This document shows, piece by piece, positions 1 through 8,309 of a DNA stretch of 26,279 nucleotides. Position 1 is the first letter of the stretch, and each line of letters opens with the position of its first letter. This DNA comes from a virus. The notes beneath the pieces were generated by a model. It did no database searches. It was not told where the DNA came from and saw only the letters and a program-made list of their open reading frames with translations. The stretch lies in UHGV virus genome UHGV-0017443; one strand, 5' to 3'. A program made the position numbers and the translations under genes.

Positions 1-83
1 TTAAAAAGAACTGCAATTGGCTGTGGTTTTACTGAATTTGCGTTAGCGCGAAAATCACAAATCGCACTTTCATGAAATTCCAT
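1..83 (-). CDS. Partial ORF (5' end only) running off the left window edge, downstream of N in the leftward operon
   Basis: Minus-strand ATG at 83..81 preceded by SD-like GAGGTGA; frame stays open to position 1 (MEFHESAICDFRANANSVKPQPIAVLF...). Too short in-window to identify. Confidence 0.3.
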   Translation of the reverse strand, partial: MEFHESAICDFRANANSVKPQPIAVLF

Positions 84-264
84 ATCTCACCTCAAATAAG
101 TGGTTTGCCGCGAAAATAAATACGTTCCCACCAAGTTCCGTATCTATCTATCCAGTTACACCAATCATCGACACTCCATTTTGTTGTGTCGCATTTTGGC
201 AATTGGCATGAATATCTACCTTCTTTGTAAAGTCGGCGTTTGACTTTCTTGAGCATGGCTCACC

Positions 265-597
265 TCAATCGTAATAAGCTGGAATTGATTTTCCGCGTCG
301 CTTCTGGCGGCCTGAGCATGTCACACCCATTTCACTGCGTGGCTTGCTGTACCATGTGCGCTGATTCTTGCGTTCAATACGTTGCAGGTTGCTTTCAATC
401 TGTTCGTGGTATTCAGCCAGCACTGTAAGGTCTATCGGATTCAGTGCGCTTTCTACTCGTGATTTCGGTTTGCGATTCAGCGAGAGAATAGGGCGGTTAA
501 CTGGTTTTGCGCTTACCCCAACCAACAGGGGATTTGCTGCTTTCCATTGAGCCTGTTTCTCTGCGCGACGTTCGCGGCGGCGTGTTTGTGCATCCAT
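265..597 (-). CDS. N: Antitermination protein N (lambda-type)
   Basis: Translation from the internal Met of the 265..687 ORF gives MDAQTRRRERRAEKQAQWKAANPLLVGVSAKP..., matching the arginine-rich N-terminus of lambda N as I recall it; AGGAGA SD upstream; nutL lies upstream on the same strand. Confidence 0.9.
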   Translation of the reverse strand: MDAQTRRRERRAEKQAQWKAANPLLVGVSAKPVNRPILSLNRKPKSRVESALNPIDLTVLAEYHEQIESNLQRIERKNQRTWYSKPRSEMGVTCSGRQKRRGKSIPAYYD

Positions 598-707
598 CTG
601 GATTCTCCTGTCAGTTAGCTTTGAGTAACGCGCCGTGATGCTTATCTCCACGGTTGCTGTCTTGCAGCTGCATTTCGCGCTACTCAAAGCCTTCTGCTTT
701 GAATGCT

Positions 708-739
708 GCCCTTCTTCAGGGCTTAATTTTTAAGAGCAT
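708..739 (-). promoter_or_regulatory. nutL (boxB hairpin GCCCTGAAGAAGGGC plus boxA-like TGCTCTTAA)
   Basis: On the minus strand ...gaTGCTCTTAAaaattaaGCCCTGAAGAAGGGCagc...; boxB is a perfect 5-bp stem with GAAGA-type loop as in lambda nutL; boxA differs by one base from lambda CGCTCTTAA. Confidence 0.8.
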
Positions 740-777
740 CACCTTCATGGTGGTCAGTGCGTCCTGCTGATGGCCTA

Positions 778-807
778 AAATATACCTACAGGTAAAACAG
801 CTGTCTA
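778..807 (-). promoter_or_regulatory. pL-like leftward early promoter (-35 TAGACA, 17-bp spacer, -10 TATATT)
   Basis: Minus strand reads TAGACAgctgttttacctgtaggTATATTttaggccATCAGCAGGACGCACTGACC; the transcribed start matches the lambda pL leader; hexamers overlap the operator palindromes. Confidence 0.6.
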
Positions 808-819
808 TACCTGTAGGTA
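783..819. repeat. OL operator half-site palindromes (TACCTACAGGTA at 783..794 and TACCTGTAGGTA at 808..819)
   Basis: Two 12-bp inverted-repeat sites (TACCT-NN-AGGTA) overlapping the -10 and abutting the -35 of the leftward promoter; the same 12-mer recurs at OR (1975..1986). A third, wider inverted repeat TACCTG-N10-CAGGTA lies at 841..862. Confidence 0.6.
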
Positions 820-881
820 AATAAAATTGATGTAAGAGTTTACCTGCTTGAATTTTCAGGTAATTAATTTTTTGGATTGAT

Positions 882-904
882 ATAAAAAAGCCCGCTTTGC
901 GGGC
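882..904 (-). terminator. Rho-independent terminator ending the cI operon
   Basis: Minus strand GCCCGC-AAA-GCGGGC hairpin followed by TTTTTTAT, about 13 nt after the stop of the 917..1231 ORF. Confidence 0.7.
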
Positions 905-916
905 TGAAAGGAGATG

Positions 917-1231
917 TCAGAAGCTATTTGGATTGCTTGGCCATTGCGGCAATTTTGATTCTACTGGGGTGTGTTTGGGTTTGAGTCCGTTTAAGTAGTC
1001 AAGACGCTCAATGGCGCATTTATACATAGCAATCTGCTCTGATGACATGTCGTCGTATGACATGCCTTTGAACTTTTTAATTATCGATTCTGCCTCATGT
1101 ATAAGATGCTTCTTCTTCATGAGTTCAGCTGTATGCTTAGAGCTTACAGGAGATAACTTTGCCCATATGAAGCAGATGATTACAACAGCGACTACTATGC
1201 CGGGTATAAACACTTGCTGCTTTATCCTCAA
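917..1231 (-). CDS. Small membrane protein (about 98-104 aa) co-transcribed downstream of cI; function unknown (occupies the rexAB position)
   Basis: ORF start overlaps the cI stop (TTGA; start would be TTG at 1231, alternatively GTG at 1213 with a GAGGA SD 11 nt upstream); N-terminal hydrophobic helix IPGIVVAVVIICFIWA then a charged soluble tail; followed by an intrinsic terminator. Confidence 0.55.
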   Translation of the reverse strand: MRIKQQVFIPGIVVAVVIICFIWAKLSPVSSKHTAELMKKKHLIHEAESIIKKFKGMSYDDMSSEQIAMYKCAIERLDYLNGLKPKHTPVESKLPQWPSNPNSF

Positions 1232-1914
1232 ACTTTTGGCAGATCGTCCTGGTCTACGTACCTGGTGTGTTTCACAATAGCTGAAACAAAATGCATTTTA
1301 TCAACTTCTTCAACAGGAAGAGTGATTGGGCGGTGATCACTGTTTATGCTACTAAACTGATAATCACCGTCTCTTGTTTTGTTCATGATCTTTATCATGT
1401 TGTGACCGTCTTTGGTCCTTACAAAGACTTCATCACCTGGATGTACTGGCGTATTTGGTTCAATAACAACATATTCTCCTGACTGAATCCTTGGCCACAT
1501 GCTGTCACCCTTAACCTTCAGACCGTAAGCATCTTTATCGCCGCTGTAGATGCTTAACCAACCGGATCTGAATTCAATCATATCCACTGAGCCATCAACT
1601 CCCAAAACGGCTTCACCAATTACCGGAACAAAACCCGCACGAACGTTACCCGCAAACTCAAGATGGTCTGTAGCTCCAGCTTTACCATCTGCAAGCATGT
1701 CCATCCATCCGCGTGGGAGATTAAAAGATTTTTCAATTAGTTCCATCATATCGTCAGCAATGCGTTTTTTTCCGCTTTTTCCTTCCGGATACAGCATTCT
1801 GGAAACGTATGATGGTTCCCTTTCTATTCGACGAGCCAACTCTGAGGCCTTTCCATTACAGAATCGGTCTCTTATCTCTATCAGCCTTAGTCGTCTTTGT
1901 TCGTATTTATCCAT
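1228..1914 (-). CDS. cI: CI-type prophage repressor (HTH plus S24 LexA-like autopeptidase domain)
   Basis: 228 aa; N-terminal HTH-like segment (GKASELARRIEREPSYVSRM) and C-terminal GDSMWP...K motif typical of S24 self-cleaving repressors; divergent from the cro-like gene across an operator region. Confidence 0.88.
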   Translation of the reverse strand: MDKYEQRRLRLIEIRDRFCNGKASELARRIEREPSYVSRMLYPEGKSGKKRIADDMMELIEKSFNLPRGWMDMLADGKAGATDHLEFAGNVRAGFVPVIGEAVLGVDGSVDMIEFRSGWLSIYSGDKDAYGLKVKGDSMWPRIQSGEYVVIEPNTPVHPGDEVFVRTKDGHNMIKIMNKTRDGDYQFSSINSDHRPITLPVEEVDKMHFVSAIVKHTRYVDQDDLPKV

Positions 1915-1920
1915 GATTTA

Positions 1921-1990
1921 ATTCTATCTTTGATTACCTGCCGGTAAATAACCTATGGGTATTGATTTGCTTTTTACCTACAGGTAAACT
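1921..1990. promoter_or_regulatory. OR operator region with divergent pRM (leftward, leaderless) and pR (rightward)
   Basis: Operator-like palindromes TACCTGCCGGTA (1935..1946), ACCTATGGGT (1951..1960) and TACCTACAGGTA (1975..1986). pR: TTGATT (1962..1967), 17 bp, TAAACT (1985..1990). pRM: minus-strand TAGAAT (plus 1921..1926) six nt before the cI ATG, implying a leaderless cI mRNA as in lambda. Confidence 0.6.
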
Positions 1991-2022
1991 CATCTTATTC
2001 AACAACGGGAAGGAGATAGCAA

Positions 2023-2253
2023 ATGGAAGAACTCCGCTTGTATCTGAACTCCCTTTCACTGGAAGAGCAGAGAGAATTTGCCACCAAGTGCGGAACTTCT
2101 ATCGGCTATTTGAGGAAAGCACTTAGCCGTAATCATGAATTGGGCGCAGCACTTTGTGTTCTGATTGAGAAGTTCAGCAATGGTGAAGTGACTCGCAAAG
2201 ACCTTCATCCGGTTGATTGGGAAAGCATCTGGCCTGAATTAATGGCCGCTTAA
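2023..2253 (+). CDS. cro: Cro-like early regulator (non-lambda Cro family)
   Basis: 76-aa ORF immediately rightward of OR with GGAAGGAG SD; positionally Cro; sequence unlike lambda, 434 or P22 Cro as I recall them. Confidence 0.7.
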   Translation: MEELRLYLNSLSLEEQREFATKCGTSIGYLRKALSRNHELGAALCVLIEKFSNGEVTRKDLHPVDWESIWPELMAA

Positions 2254-2261
2254 GTTATTAA

Positions 2262-2293
2262 CGCTCTTACACATCACCGCCCTGAAAAAGGGC
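2262..2293 (+). promoter_or_regulatory. nutR (boxA CGCTCTTAC, boxB GCCCTGAAAAAGGGC)
   Basis: CGCTCTTACacatcaccGCCCTGAAAAAGGGC between cro and cII; boxA/boxB spacing and sequence as in lambda nutR. Confidence 0.8.
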
Positions 2294-2369
2294 ATTACCA
2301 GAAACAAATCTCTATGGTTTTGCGTTTCTTTGCGAAGCCAACTCTATCTAATCATTAAGGAAATTATCT

Positions 2370-2651
2370 ATGGGTACTATTGCAACTAAAAGCAAGAAAG
2401 CGGCTCGCATCGAGTCGGCCTTGCTGAACAAACTGGCACTGATGGGGCAGAAGACATTCGCTCGAGCAATGGGGGTTCCTGAATATCAGGTAAGCCGATG
2501 GAAGAATGGTTTCTTCTCGCAGGTAAGCATGATGCTGGCTGTTCTGGAATACGGAATCGAAGACGATGAAATGGCTGAACTGACTAAGCGGCTCGCCGAT
2601 TACCTGACAAAAGAAAAAGCCCCGAAGAACGGCGAATTCTTCGAGGCCTGA
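2370..2651 (+). CDS. cII: CII-type transcriptional activator
   Basis: 93 aa; ARIESALLNKLALMG...QVSRWK...MLAVLEYGIEDDEMAELTKRLA closely parallels lambda CII (RIESALLNKIAMLG...QISRWKR...MLLAVLEWGVVDDDM). Confidence 0.88.
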   Translation: MGTIATKSKKAARIESALLNKLALMGQKTFARAMGVPEYQVSRWKNGFFSQVSMMLAVLEYGIEDDEMAELTKRLADYLTKEKAPKNGEFFEA

Positions 2652-2691
2652 TGTAGAAAGACTGGATCAATCCACAGGAGTAATTATGACA
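2605..2691 (-). ncRNA. Candidate oop-like antisense RNA (extended -10 promoter TGTCATAAT, intrinsic terminator inside the cII 3' end)
   Basis: Minus strand: TGTCATAAT (plus 2683..2691), then about 65 nt downstream a hairpin (plus 2620..2646, 7-bp perfect stem extendable to about 10 bp with one mismatch) followed by a minus-strand T-tract (plus 2609..2619). The geometry mirrors lambda pO/oop antisense to cII; the promoter call is weak. Confidence 0.4.
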
Positions 2692-2847
2692 AAACGTCGT
2701 AAGAAATACCAGGAAAAAGAAGAGATTCGACACCCTGATTCACCTGAGGGATTAGTGGTAGCCGCAGCAAATAACAGGGCGTTCGCAGAGCGCCTTGTTG
2801 GTGTTTACAGACTAGCCAAAGCAGGAGTGAAACATGGGCGTCGTTAA
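2686..2847 (+). CDS. Small basic ORF (53 aa) between cII and the O-like gene
   Basis: ATG with AGGAG SD at the right spacing; [53 protein letters not shown]; overlaps the start of the O-like gene by 14 nt; below the 60-aa ORF-track cutoff. Confidence 0.35.
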   Translation: MTKRRKKYQEKEEIRHPDSPEGLVVAAANNRAFAERLVGVYRLAKAGVKHGRR

Positions 2848-3664
2848 GTTAGCTGATTACAGGCCTCAACTGGAGGTCGTGGAGCATCGCGTGGCAGAAC
2901 TCGAAGATGGCTACACTCGGACTGCAAACACACTGTTAGAAGCCGCCATGCTTTCTGGGCTTACTGCACATCAGTTACTGATTGTTATGGCTGTGTGGCG
3001 CAAGACATACGGTTACAACAAAAAAATAGATTGGATCGGAAACGAACAGTTCGCTGAACTCACTGGCATGGCACCAACCAAATGCTCTACCGCCAAAAAC
3101 GAGCTTATCAGAATGGGAGTTCTCATTCAGGTGGGGCGTCAAGTTGGTATGAATACAAACATTTCCGAGTGGAAAACGAAAGTTAACGGATTCGGTAAAA
3201 CATTTACTAATTCGGTAAAACAAACCTTCACCAAATCGGTAAAAAGCAATTTACCGAATCAGTCAAACACAAAAGACAATATACAAAAGACAATAAATAC
3301 AAATACCCCCTTACCCCCTAACGGGGGCGGCGATGGGCAGGTTAAACCTGAACGTCGCAAGGCAGAACGAATCGACTACGAATCCTTCCTGAACGCCTAC
3401 AACACCGAAGTCGGTGACAGACTGCCACACGCTGTTGCGGTCAACGAGAAACGCAAACGCCGCCTGAAGAAAATCATCCCGCAACTGAAAACGCCAAACG
3501 TGGACGGTTTCAGAGCGTATGTCAGGGCGTTTGTACATCAGGCCAAGCCGTTTTACTTCGGAGACAACGACACTGGCTGGACGGCAGATTTTGATTACCT
3601 GCTGAGGGAAGATTCGTTAACGGGAGTACGGGAAGGGAAGTTTGCAGACAGGGGGATTGCATGA
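2834..3664 (+). CDS. Replication initiation protein, lambda O / P22 gp18 family
   Basis: 276 aa; N-terminal [15 protein letters not shown]...[15 protein letters not shown] resembles the lambda O N-terminal DNA-binding domain; iterons and an AT-rich tract sit inside the gene as in lambdoid origins. Confidence 0.85.
   Translation: MGVVKLADYRPQLEVVEHRVAELEDGYTRTANTLLEAAMLSGLTAHQLLIVMAVWRKTYGYNKKIDWIGNEQFAELTGMAPTKCSTAKNELIRMGVLIQVGRQVGMNTNISEWKTKVNGFGKTFTNSVKQTFTKSVKSNLPNQSNTKDNIQKTINTNTPLPPNGGGDGQVKPERRKAERIDYESFLNAYNTEVGDRLPHAVAVNEKRKRRLKKIIPQLKTPNVDGFRAYVRAFVHQAKPFYFGDNDTGWTADFDYLLREDSLTGVREGKFADRGIA
3187..3330. repeat. Replication origin: iterons (TCGGTAAAA, 3 direct and 1 inverted), AT-rich tract, short G/C palindrome
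   Basis: TTCGGTAAAAC at 3191 and 3211, ATCGGTAAAAAG at 3236, inverted TTACCGAATC at 3251; then an A-rich stretch 3263..3305 and CCCCC-TAAC-GGGGG at 3313..3326. Confidence 0.7.
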
Positions 3665-5037
3665 AACAGGATATCGAAGCGAGCGTTATCGGTGGACTGC
3701 TGATTGGTGGATTAACACCAACTGCCAGTGACGTTCTGGCAACGCTTGAGCCGGAAGCGTTTTCAATTCCGCTCTACCGGAAAGCCTTCGAGGTTATCCG
3801 CAAGCAGGCGCGAAACAGAAACCTAATCGACGCGCTGATGGTTGCCGAGGCGTGCGGAGAGGAGCATTTTACGTCAATCCTGATGACCAGCAAAAACTGC
3901 CCGAGCGCCGCAAACCTGAAGGGATATGCCGGAATGGTCGCGGATAACTATCACCGCCGTCTGGTGCTGGAAATCATGGATGAAATGCGTGAACCAATTC
4001 AGAGCGGAACCATCGACGCATCGAGTCAGGCGATGGATGAACTTGTAAAGCGTCTTTCAGCCATCAGAAAGCCCCGTGACGAGGTAAAACCTGTACGGTT
4101 AGGGGAAATCATTACTGACTACACTGACACGCTTGACAGGCGTCTGAGGAACGGAGAAGAGTCCGATACCCTGAAGACCGGAATCGAAGAACTTGATGCC
4201 ATCACCGGAGGGATGAACGCGGAAGACCTGGTGATAATCGCTGCTCGTCCTGGTATGGGGAAAACCGAACTGGCGCTGAAGATTGCCGAAGGCGTTGCAA
4301 GCCGCGTTATTCCTGGTTCTGACGTCCGGCGCGGGGTATTGATTTTCTCAATGGAAATGAGCGCATTGCAGATTGCAGAGCGAAGCATTGCCAACGCCGG
4401 GAGGATGTCGGTTAGCGTACTGCGAAATCCTGCATCGATGGATGACGAAGGCTGGGCGCGTGTTGCTAACGGCATGAGTCAGCTTGCAGATTTGGATGTA
4501 TGGGTAGTCGATGCCTCGCGGTTATCGGTAGAAGAAATTCGCTCAATCGCAGAGCGGCACAAACAGGAAAATCCAAACCTGTCACTCATCATGGCGGATT
4601 ATCTTGGCCTGATTGAGAAGCCGAAAGCAGACCGCAACGACCTCGCAATTGCTCACATCTCCGGAAGCCTGAAGGCGATGGCGAAAGACCTGAAAACGCC
4701 AGTTATCTCCCTGAGTCAGCTTTCGCGCGATGTTGAGAAGCGACCAAACAAACGCCCGACAAACGCAGATTTGCGTGATTCTGGAAGCATTGAGCAGGAC
4801 GCAGACTCAATCATCATGCTCTATCGGGAAGCGGTATATGACGAGAACAGTAGCGCCGCGCCATTTGCTGAAATCATCGTGACGAAAAACCGTTTTGGCT
4901 CACTTGGTACGGTTTACCAGCGGTTCTGTAACGGACACTTTGTTGCATGTGACCAGGATGAAGCCAGACAGATTTGCACAGCATCAAATGCACCTGCTGC
5001 ACGTGGCAGACGATATGCACAAGGGGCGGACGTATGA
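3661..5037 (+). CDS. Replicative DNA helicase (DnaB family; P22 gene 12-like)
   Basis: 458 aa; Walker [16 protein letters not shown], DnaB-type N- and C-domains; start overlaps the O-like stop (ATGA). Confidence 0.9.
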   Translation: MKQDIEASVIGGLLIGGLTPTASDVLATLEPEAFSIPLYRKAFEVIRKQARNRNLIDALMVAEACGEEHFTSILMTSKNCPSAANLKGYAGMVADNYHRRLVLEIMDEMREPIQSGTIDASSQAMDELVKRLSAIRKPRDEVKPVRLGEIITDYTDTLDRRLRNGEESDTLKTGIEELDAITGGMNAEDLVIIAARPGMGKTELALKIAEGVASRVIPGSDVRRGVLIFSMEMSALQIAERSIANAGRMSVSVLRNPASMDDEGWARVANGMSQLADLDVWVVDASRLSVEEIRSIAERHKQENPNLSLIMADYLGLIEKPKADRNDLAIAHISGSLKAMAKDLKTPVISLSQLSRDVEKRPNKRPTNADLRDSGSIEQDADSIIMLYREAVYDENSSAAPFAEIIVTKNRFGSLGTVYQRFCNGHFVACDQDEARQICTASNAPAARGRRYAQGADV

Positions 5038-5063
5038 CCATCTACATCACTGAGCTAATAACA

Positions 5064-5092
5064 GGGGCTATTTACACAGTAGCCCTTTTTTA
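5064..5092 (+). terminator. Rho-independent terminator between the replication and nin modules (tR2-like position)
   Basis: GGGCTA-tttacacag-TAGCCC hairpin followed by TTTTTTATT. Confidence 0.6.
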
Positions 5093-5118
5093 TTGGATTA
5101 AGAACGAGGGGAATCCTG

Positions 5119-5331
5119 ATGGACACCGTTAACGGAATGTGTTCAGACGCACCGCGTGCCAAGAAATGTAAATGCGGAAAATCACCGACAATATTCGACA
5201 TGGATAACGGGTGCCAAATCTACTGCGCTAACCACGCTGCTGTGGCGGCCGCGAATTATCGCAGTGCGGTAACGGAGTGGAATAACCTGAAATCTGTTAG
5301 AGAGGGAAGTCATGAAAAAACTAACCTTTGA
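5119..5331 (+). CDS. Small Cys-rich protein (possible zinc ribbon), unknown function
   Basis: 70 aa with Cys cluster C-x9-C-x-C-x13-C-x3-C; GAGGG SD upstream; occupies the ren position upstream of ninB. Confidence 0.5.
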   Translation: MDTVNGMCSDAPRAKKCKCGKSPTIFDMDNGCQIYCANHAAVAAANYRSAVTEWNNLKSVREGSHEKTNL

Positions 5332-5752
5332 AATTCGATCCCCAGCACATCAGCAAAACGCTATTCACGCGGTACAGCAAATTCTTCCAGACCCAACCAA
5401 ACCAATCGTAGTAACCATTCAGGAACGCAACCGCAGCTTAGACCAAAACAGGAAGCTATGGGCCTGCTTAGGTGACGTCTCTCGTCAGGTTGAATGGCAT
5501 GGTCGCTGGCTGGATGCAGAAAGCTGGAAGTGTGTGTTTACCGCAGCATTAAAGCAGCAGGACGTTGTTCCTAACATTGCCGGGAATGGCTTTGTGGTAA
5601 TAGGCCAGTCAACCAGCAGGATGCGTGTAAGCGAATTTGCGGAGCTATTAGAGCTTATACAGGCATTCGGTACAGAGCATGGCGTTAAGTGGTCAGACGA
5701 AGCGCGACTGGCTCTGGAATGGAAAGCGAGATGGGGAGACAGGGCTGCATGA
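5312..5752 (+). CDS. ninB: NinB (Orf-family recombination mediator)
   Basis: 146 aa, [50 protein letters not shown]..., matches lambda NinB as I recall it. Confidence 0.9.
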   Translation: MKKLTFEIRSPAHQQNAIHAVQQILPDPTKPIVVTIQERNRSLDQNRKLWACLGDVSRQVEWHGRWLDAESWKCVFTAALKQQDVVPNIAGNGFVVIGQSTSRMRVSEFAELLELIQAFGTEHGVKWSDEARLALEWKARWGDRAA

Positions 5753-5931
5753 GACGACAGCGACGAAGTATCACCGACATAATCTGTGAAAACTGCAAAT
5801 ACCTTCCAACGAAACGCTCCAGAAATAAACGCAAGCCAATCCCAAAAGAATCTGACGTAAAAACCTTCAACTACACGGCTCACCTGTGGGATATCCGGTG
5901 GCTTAGAGAACGTGCGAGGAAAACAAGGTGA
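5749..5931 (+). CDS. ninD: NinD-like small zinc-binding protein
   Basis: ATGA overlap with the ninB stop; [60 protein letters not shown]. Confidence 0.7.
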   Translation: MRRQRRSITDIICENCKYLPTKRSRNKRKPIPKESDVKTFNYTAHLWDIRWLRERARKTR

Positions 5932-6098
5932 TTGACCCAAATCGAAGTTACGAACAACAAAGCGTCGAGCGGGCTTTAACGTGCGCTAACTGCGGTCAGA
6001 AGCTGCATGTGCTGGAAGTTCACGTGTGTGAGCACTGCTGCGCAGAACTGATGAGCGATCCGAATAGCTCAATGTACGAGGAAGAAGACGATGAATGA
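5928..6098 (+). CDS. ninF: NinF-like protein
   Basis: GTG start overlapping the ninD stop; [56 protein letters not shown] resembles lambda NinF. Confidence 0.65.
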   Translation: MIDPNRSYEQQSVERALTCANCGQKLHVLEVHVCEHCCAELMSDPNSSMYEEEDDE

Positions 6099-6813
6099 GT
6101 TAATAAATGGCAATGCCATAAAAATGACAAGCATTGAAATCGCTGAGTTGGTGGGTAAGCGTCATGACAATGTGAAACGTACCATCGAAACGCTGGCTAA
6201 AAATGGTGTTATCCGGCTTCCTCAAATTGAGGTTTCCGAAAGAATCAATAACTTAGGGTTCAATGTTCAGTACGAGCATTACGTCTTCGAAGGCGAACAA
6301 GGTAAGCGAGATAGTATTGTTGTTGTTGCCCAGTTGTCGCCAGAGTTCACCGCTCGCCTTGTTGACCGCTGGCGAGAGCTTGAAGAAGCTGCGGTTAATA
6401 TCACCAAAACGCTACCAGAAGCGTTGCGCCTTGCTGCTGATCTTGCTGAGCAGAAAATGCAACTAGAAAACCAGCTCGCAATTGCCGCACCTAAAGTTGA
6501 GTTTGCCGAACGCGTTGGCGAGGCCAGCGGAATTTTGATTGGAAACTTTGCAAAGGTTGTCGGTATTGGTCCAAGCAAACTGTTTGCGTGGATGCGCGAT
6601 CACAAAATCCTTATTGCTTCAGGTTCCCGGCGCAATGTGCCAATGCAGGAATATATGGAGCGCGGCTATTTCACAGTGAAAGAAATAGCGGTCAATACAA
6701 ATCACGGAATACAGATATCGTTCACCACAAAAATCACCGGGCGTGGTCAACAGTGGCTGACCAGAAAGCTGCTCGATAACGGAATGCTGAAAGTAACAGG
6801 GGAGGCTGCTTAA
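6091..6813 (+). CDS. Antirepressor-like protein (N-terminal Rha-type domain, C-terminal ANT/KilAC-type domain)
   Basis: 240 aa; SIEIAELVGKRHDNVKRTIETL motif typical of the phage Rha regulatory family; the C-terminal half resembles phage antirepressor domains; inserted within the nin operon. Confidence 0.65.
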   Translation: MNELINGNAIKMTSIEIAELVGKRHDNVKRTIETLAKNGVIRLPQIEVSERINNLGFNVQYEHYVFEGEQGKRDSIVVVAQLSPEFTARLVDRWRELEEAAVNITKTLPEALRLAADLAEQKMQLENQLAIAAPKVEFAERVGEASGILIGNFAKVVGIGPSKLFAWMRDHKILIASGSRRNVPMQEYMERGYFTVKEIAVNTNHGIQISFTTKITGRGQQWLTRKLLDNGMLKVTGEAA

Positions 6814-7103
6814 TGGCTAACCTACGCAAAGAAGCGCGCGGCAGAGAATGCCAGGTACGTATTTACGGCGTATGCAATGGCAATCCTGAAACTACAGTTC
6901 TGGCACATTACCGGATGGCTGGAATTTGCGGAACGGGAATGAAGCCTGACGACCTGATCGGCGCATGGGCTTGTAGCGCGTGTCACGATGAAATCGACCG
7001 ACGCACCCATAATCTCGACAACAAAGACGCCAGACTTTACCACCTCGAAGGTGTGATCAGGACGCAGACGATACTGCTGAAGGAGGGGAAGATTAAGCCA
7101 TGA
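6813..7103 (+). CDS. YbcO-like protein (DUF1364-type, Cys/His-rich, putative nuclease)
   Basis: 96 aa, MANLRKEARGRECQVRIYGVCNGNPETTVLAHYR... with C/H cluster; the family sits next to rusA in lambdoid nin regions. Confidence 0.65.
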   Translation: MANLRKEARGRECQVRIYGVCNGNPETTVLAHYRMAGICGTGMKPDDLIGAWACSACHDEIDRRTHNLDNKDARLYHLEGVIRTQTILLKEGKIKP

Positions 7104-7462
7104 ACGAATATCAGTATGTGCTTCCTTACCCGCCGTCGGTGAACACCTACTGGCGAAGACGGGGAAGCCAATACTACATCAGCGATAAAGGCCAGAAATA
7201 CCGAAAAGACGTTCAGCAAATCATCCGCCAACCTAAGTTAGACATTTTCACCAAATCACGACTCCGCATCAAAGTCATCGCAGACGTTCCAGACTCCCGC
7301 CGCCGCGACCTCGACAACATCCTGAAAGGTTTACTCGACTCCCTTATCCACGCCGGATTTGCGGAAGACGACGAGCAATTCGATGACATTCGCGTAATTC
7401 GTGGCGTGAAAGTACCAGGCGGAAGGCTTGGAATAAAAATCACCGAACTGGAGAGCGTATGA
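7100..7462 (+). CDS. rusA: RusA Holliday-junction resolvase
   Basis: 120 aa; PYPPSVNTYW...DSRRRDLDNILKGLLDSLIHAGF...GGRLGIKITEL parallels E. coli RusA catalytic motifs (DxRRRDLDN). Confidence 0.85.
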   Translation: MNEYQYVLPYPPSVNTYWRRRGSQYYISDKGQKYRKDVQQIIRQPKLDIFTKSRLRIKVIADVPDSRRRDLDNILKGLLDSLIHAGFAEDDEQFDDIRVIRGVKVPGGRLGIKITELESV

Positions 7463-7647
7463 ACGCCACAATTCAAACGATACCAGAGCTTCTTATCCAG
7501 ACACGAGGCAATCAGACCGAAGTGGCAAGGATGCTTTCCTGCGCAAGAGGAACAGTGCTCAAGTACAACCGAGACAGCAAAGGCGAGCGTCACGTAATAG
7601 TTAACGGCGTCCTGATGGTCAAACAGGGCAAGAGGGGAAGACGATGA
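7459..7647 (+). CDS. ninH: NinH-like protein
   Basis: 62 aa; IPELLIQTRGNQTEVARMLSCARGTVLKYNRDSKGERHVIVNGVLMV resembles lambda NinH (GNQTEVARRLKCSRGTVRKY). Confidence 0.7.
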   Translation: MNATIQTIPELLIQTRGNQTEVARMLSCARGTVLKYNRDSKGERHVIVNGVLMVKQGKRGRR

Positions 7648-8267
7648 GACTCGAAAGCGTAGCTAAATTTCATTCGCCAAAAAGCCCGATGATGAGCGAC
7701 TCACCACGGGCCACGGCTTCTGACTCTCTTTCCGGTACTGATGTGATGGCTGCTATGGGGATGGCACAATCACAGGCCGGATTCGGAATGGCTGCATTCT
7801 GTGGTAAGCACGAACTCAGCCAGAACGACAAACAAAAGGCTATCAACTATCTGATGCAATTTGCACACAAGGTATCGGGGAAATACCGTGGTGTGGCAAA
7901 GCTTGAAGGAAATACTAAGGCAAAGGTACTGCAAGTGCTCGCAACATTCGCTTATGCGGATTATTGCCGTAGTGCCGCGACGCCGGGCGCAAGATGCAGA
8001 GATTGTCACGGTACAGGCCGTGCGGTTGATATAGCCAAAACGGAGCAGTGGGGGAGAGTTGTTGAGAAAGAGTGCGGAAGATGCAAAGGCGTCGGCTATT
8101 CCAGGATGCCAGCAAGCGCCGCATATCGCGCTGTAACGATGCTAATCCCAAACCTTACCCAACCCACCTGGTCACGCACTGTTAAGCCGCTGTATGACGC
8201 TCTGGTGGTGCAATGCCACAAGGAAGAGTCAATCGCAGACAACATTTTGAATGCGGTCACACGTTAG
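7644..8267 (+). CDS. Q: Late-gene antiterminator Q (lambda-type)
   Basis: 207 aa beginning MRLESVAKFHSPKSPMMSDSPRATASDSLSG..., essentially the lambda Q sequence as I recall it, with its zinc-binding Cys cluster. Confidence 0.92.
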   Translation: MRLESVAKFHSPKSPMMSDSPRATASDSLSGTDVMAAMGMAQSQAGFGMAAFCGKHELSQNDKQKAINYLMQFAHKVSGKYRGVAKLEGNTKAKVLQVLATFAYADYCRSAATPGARCRDCHGTGRAVDIAKTEQWGRVVEKECGRCKGVGYSRMPASAAYRAVTMLIPNLTQPTWSRTVKPLYDALVVQCHKEESIADNILNAVTR

Positions 8268-8309
8268 CAGCATGATTGCCACGGATGGCAACATATTAAC
8301 GGCATGATA

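Noticed and set aside
240-687. ORFs 240..428(+), 368..550(+) and the 140-aa extension of the minus ORF to 687
   Set aside because: They overlap the N gene in antisense or other frames; the N coding sequence begins at the internal Met (597) behind an AGGAGA SD, and the N-terminal extension runs into the nutL leader.
1011-1921. Plus-strand ORFs 1011..1280, 1291..1482 and 1550..1921
   Set aside because: They are antisense to the well-supported cI gene and the downstream membrane-protein ORF, with no SD and implausible composition.
3313-3326. CCCCC-TAAC-GGGGG palindrome considered as a separate regulatory site
   Set aside because: It is better explained as the inverted-repeat flank of the lambdoid-style origin (iterons, AT-rich tract, palindrome) inside the O-like gene.
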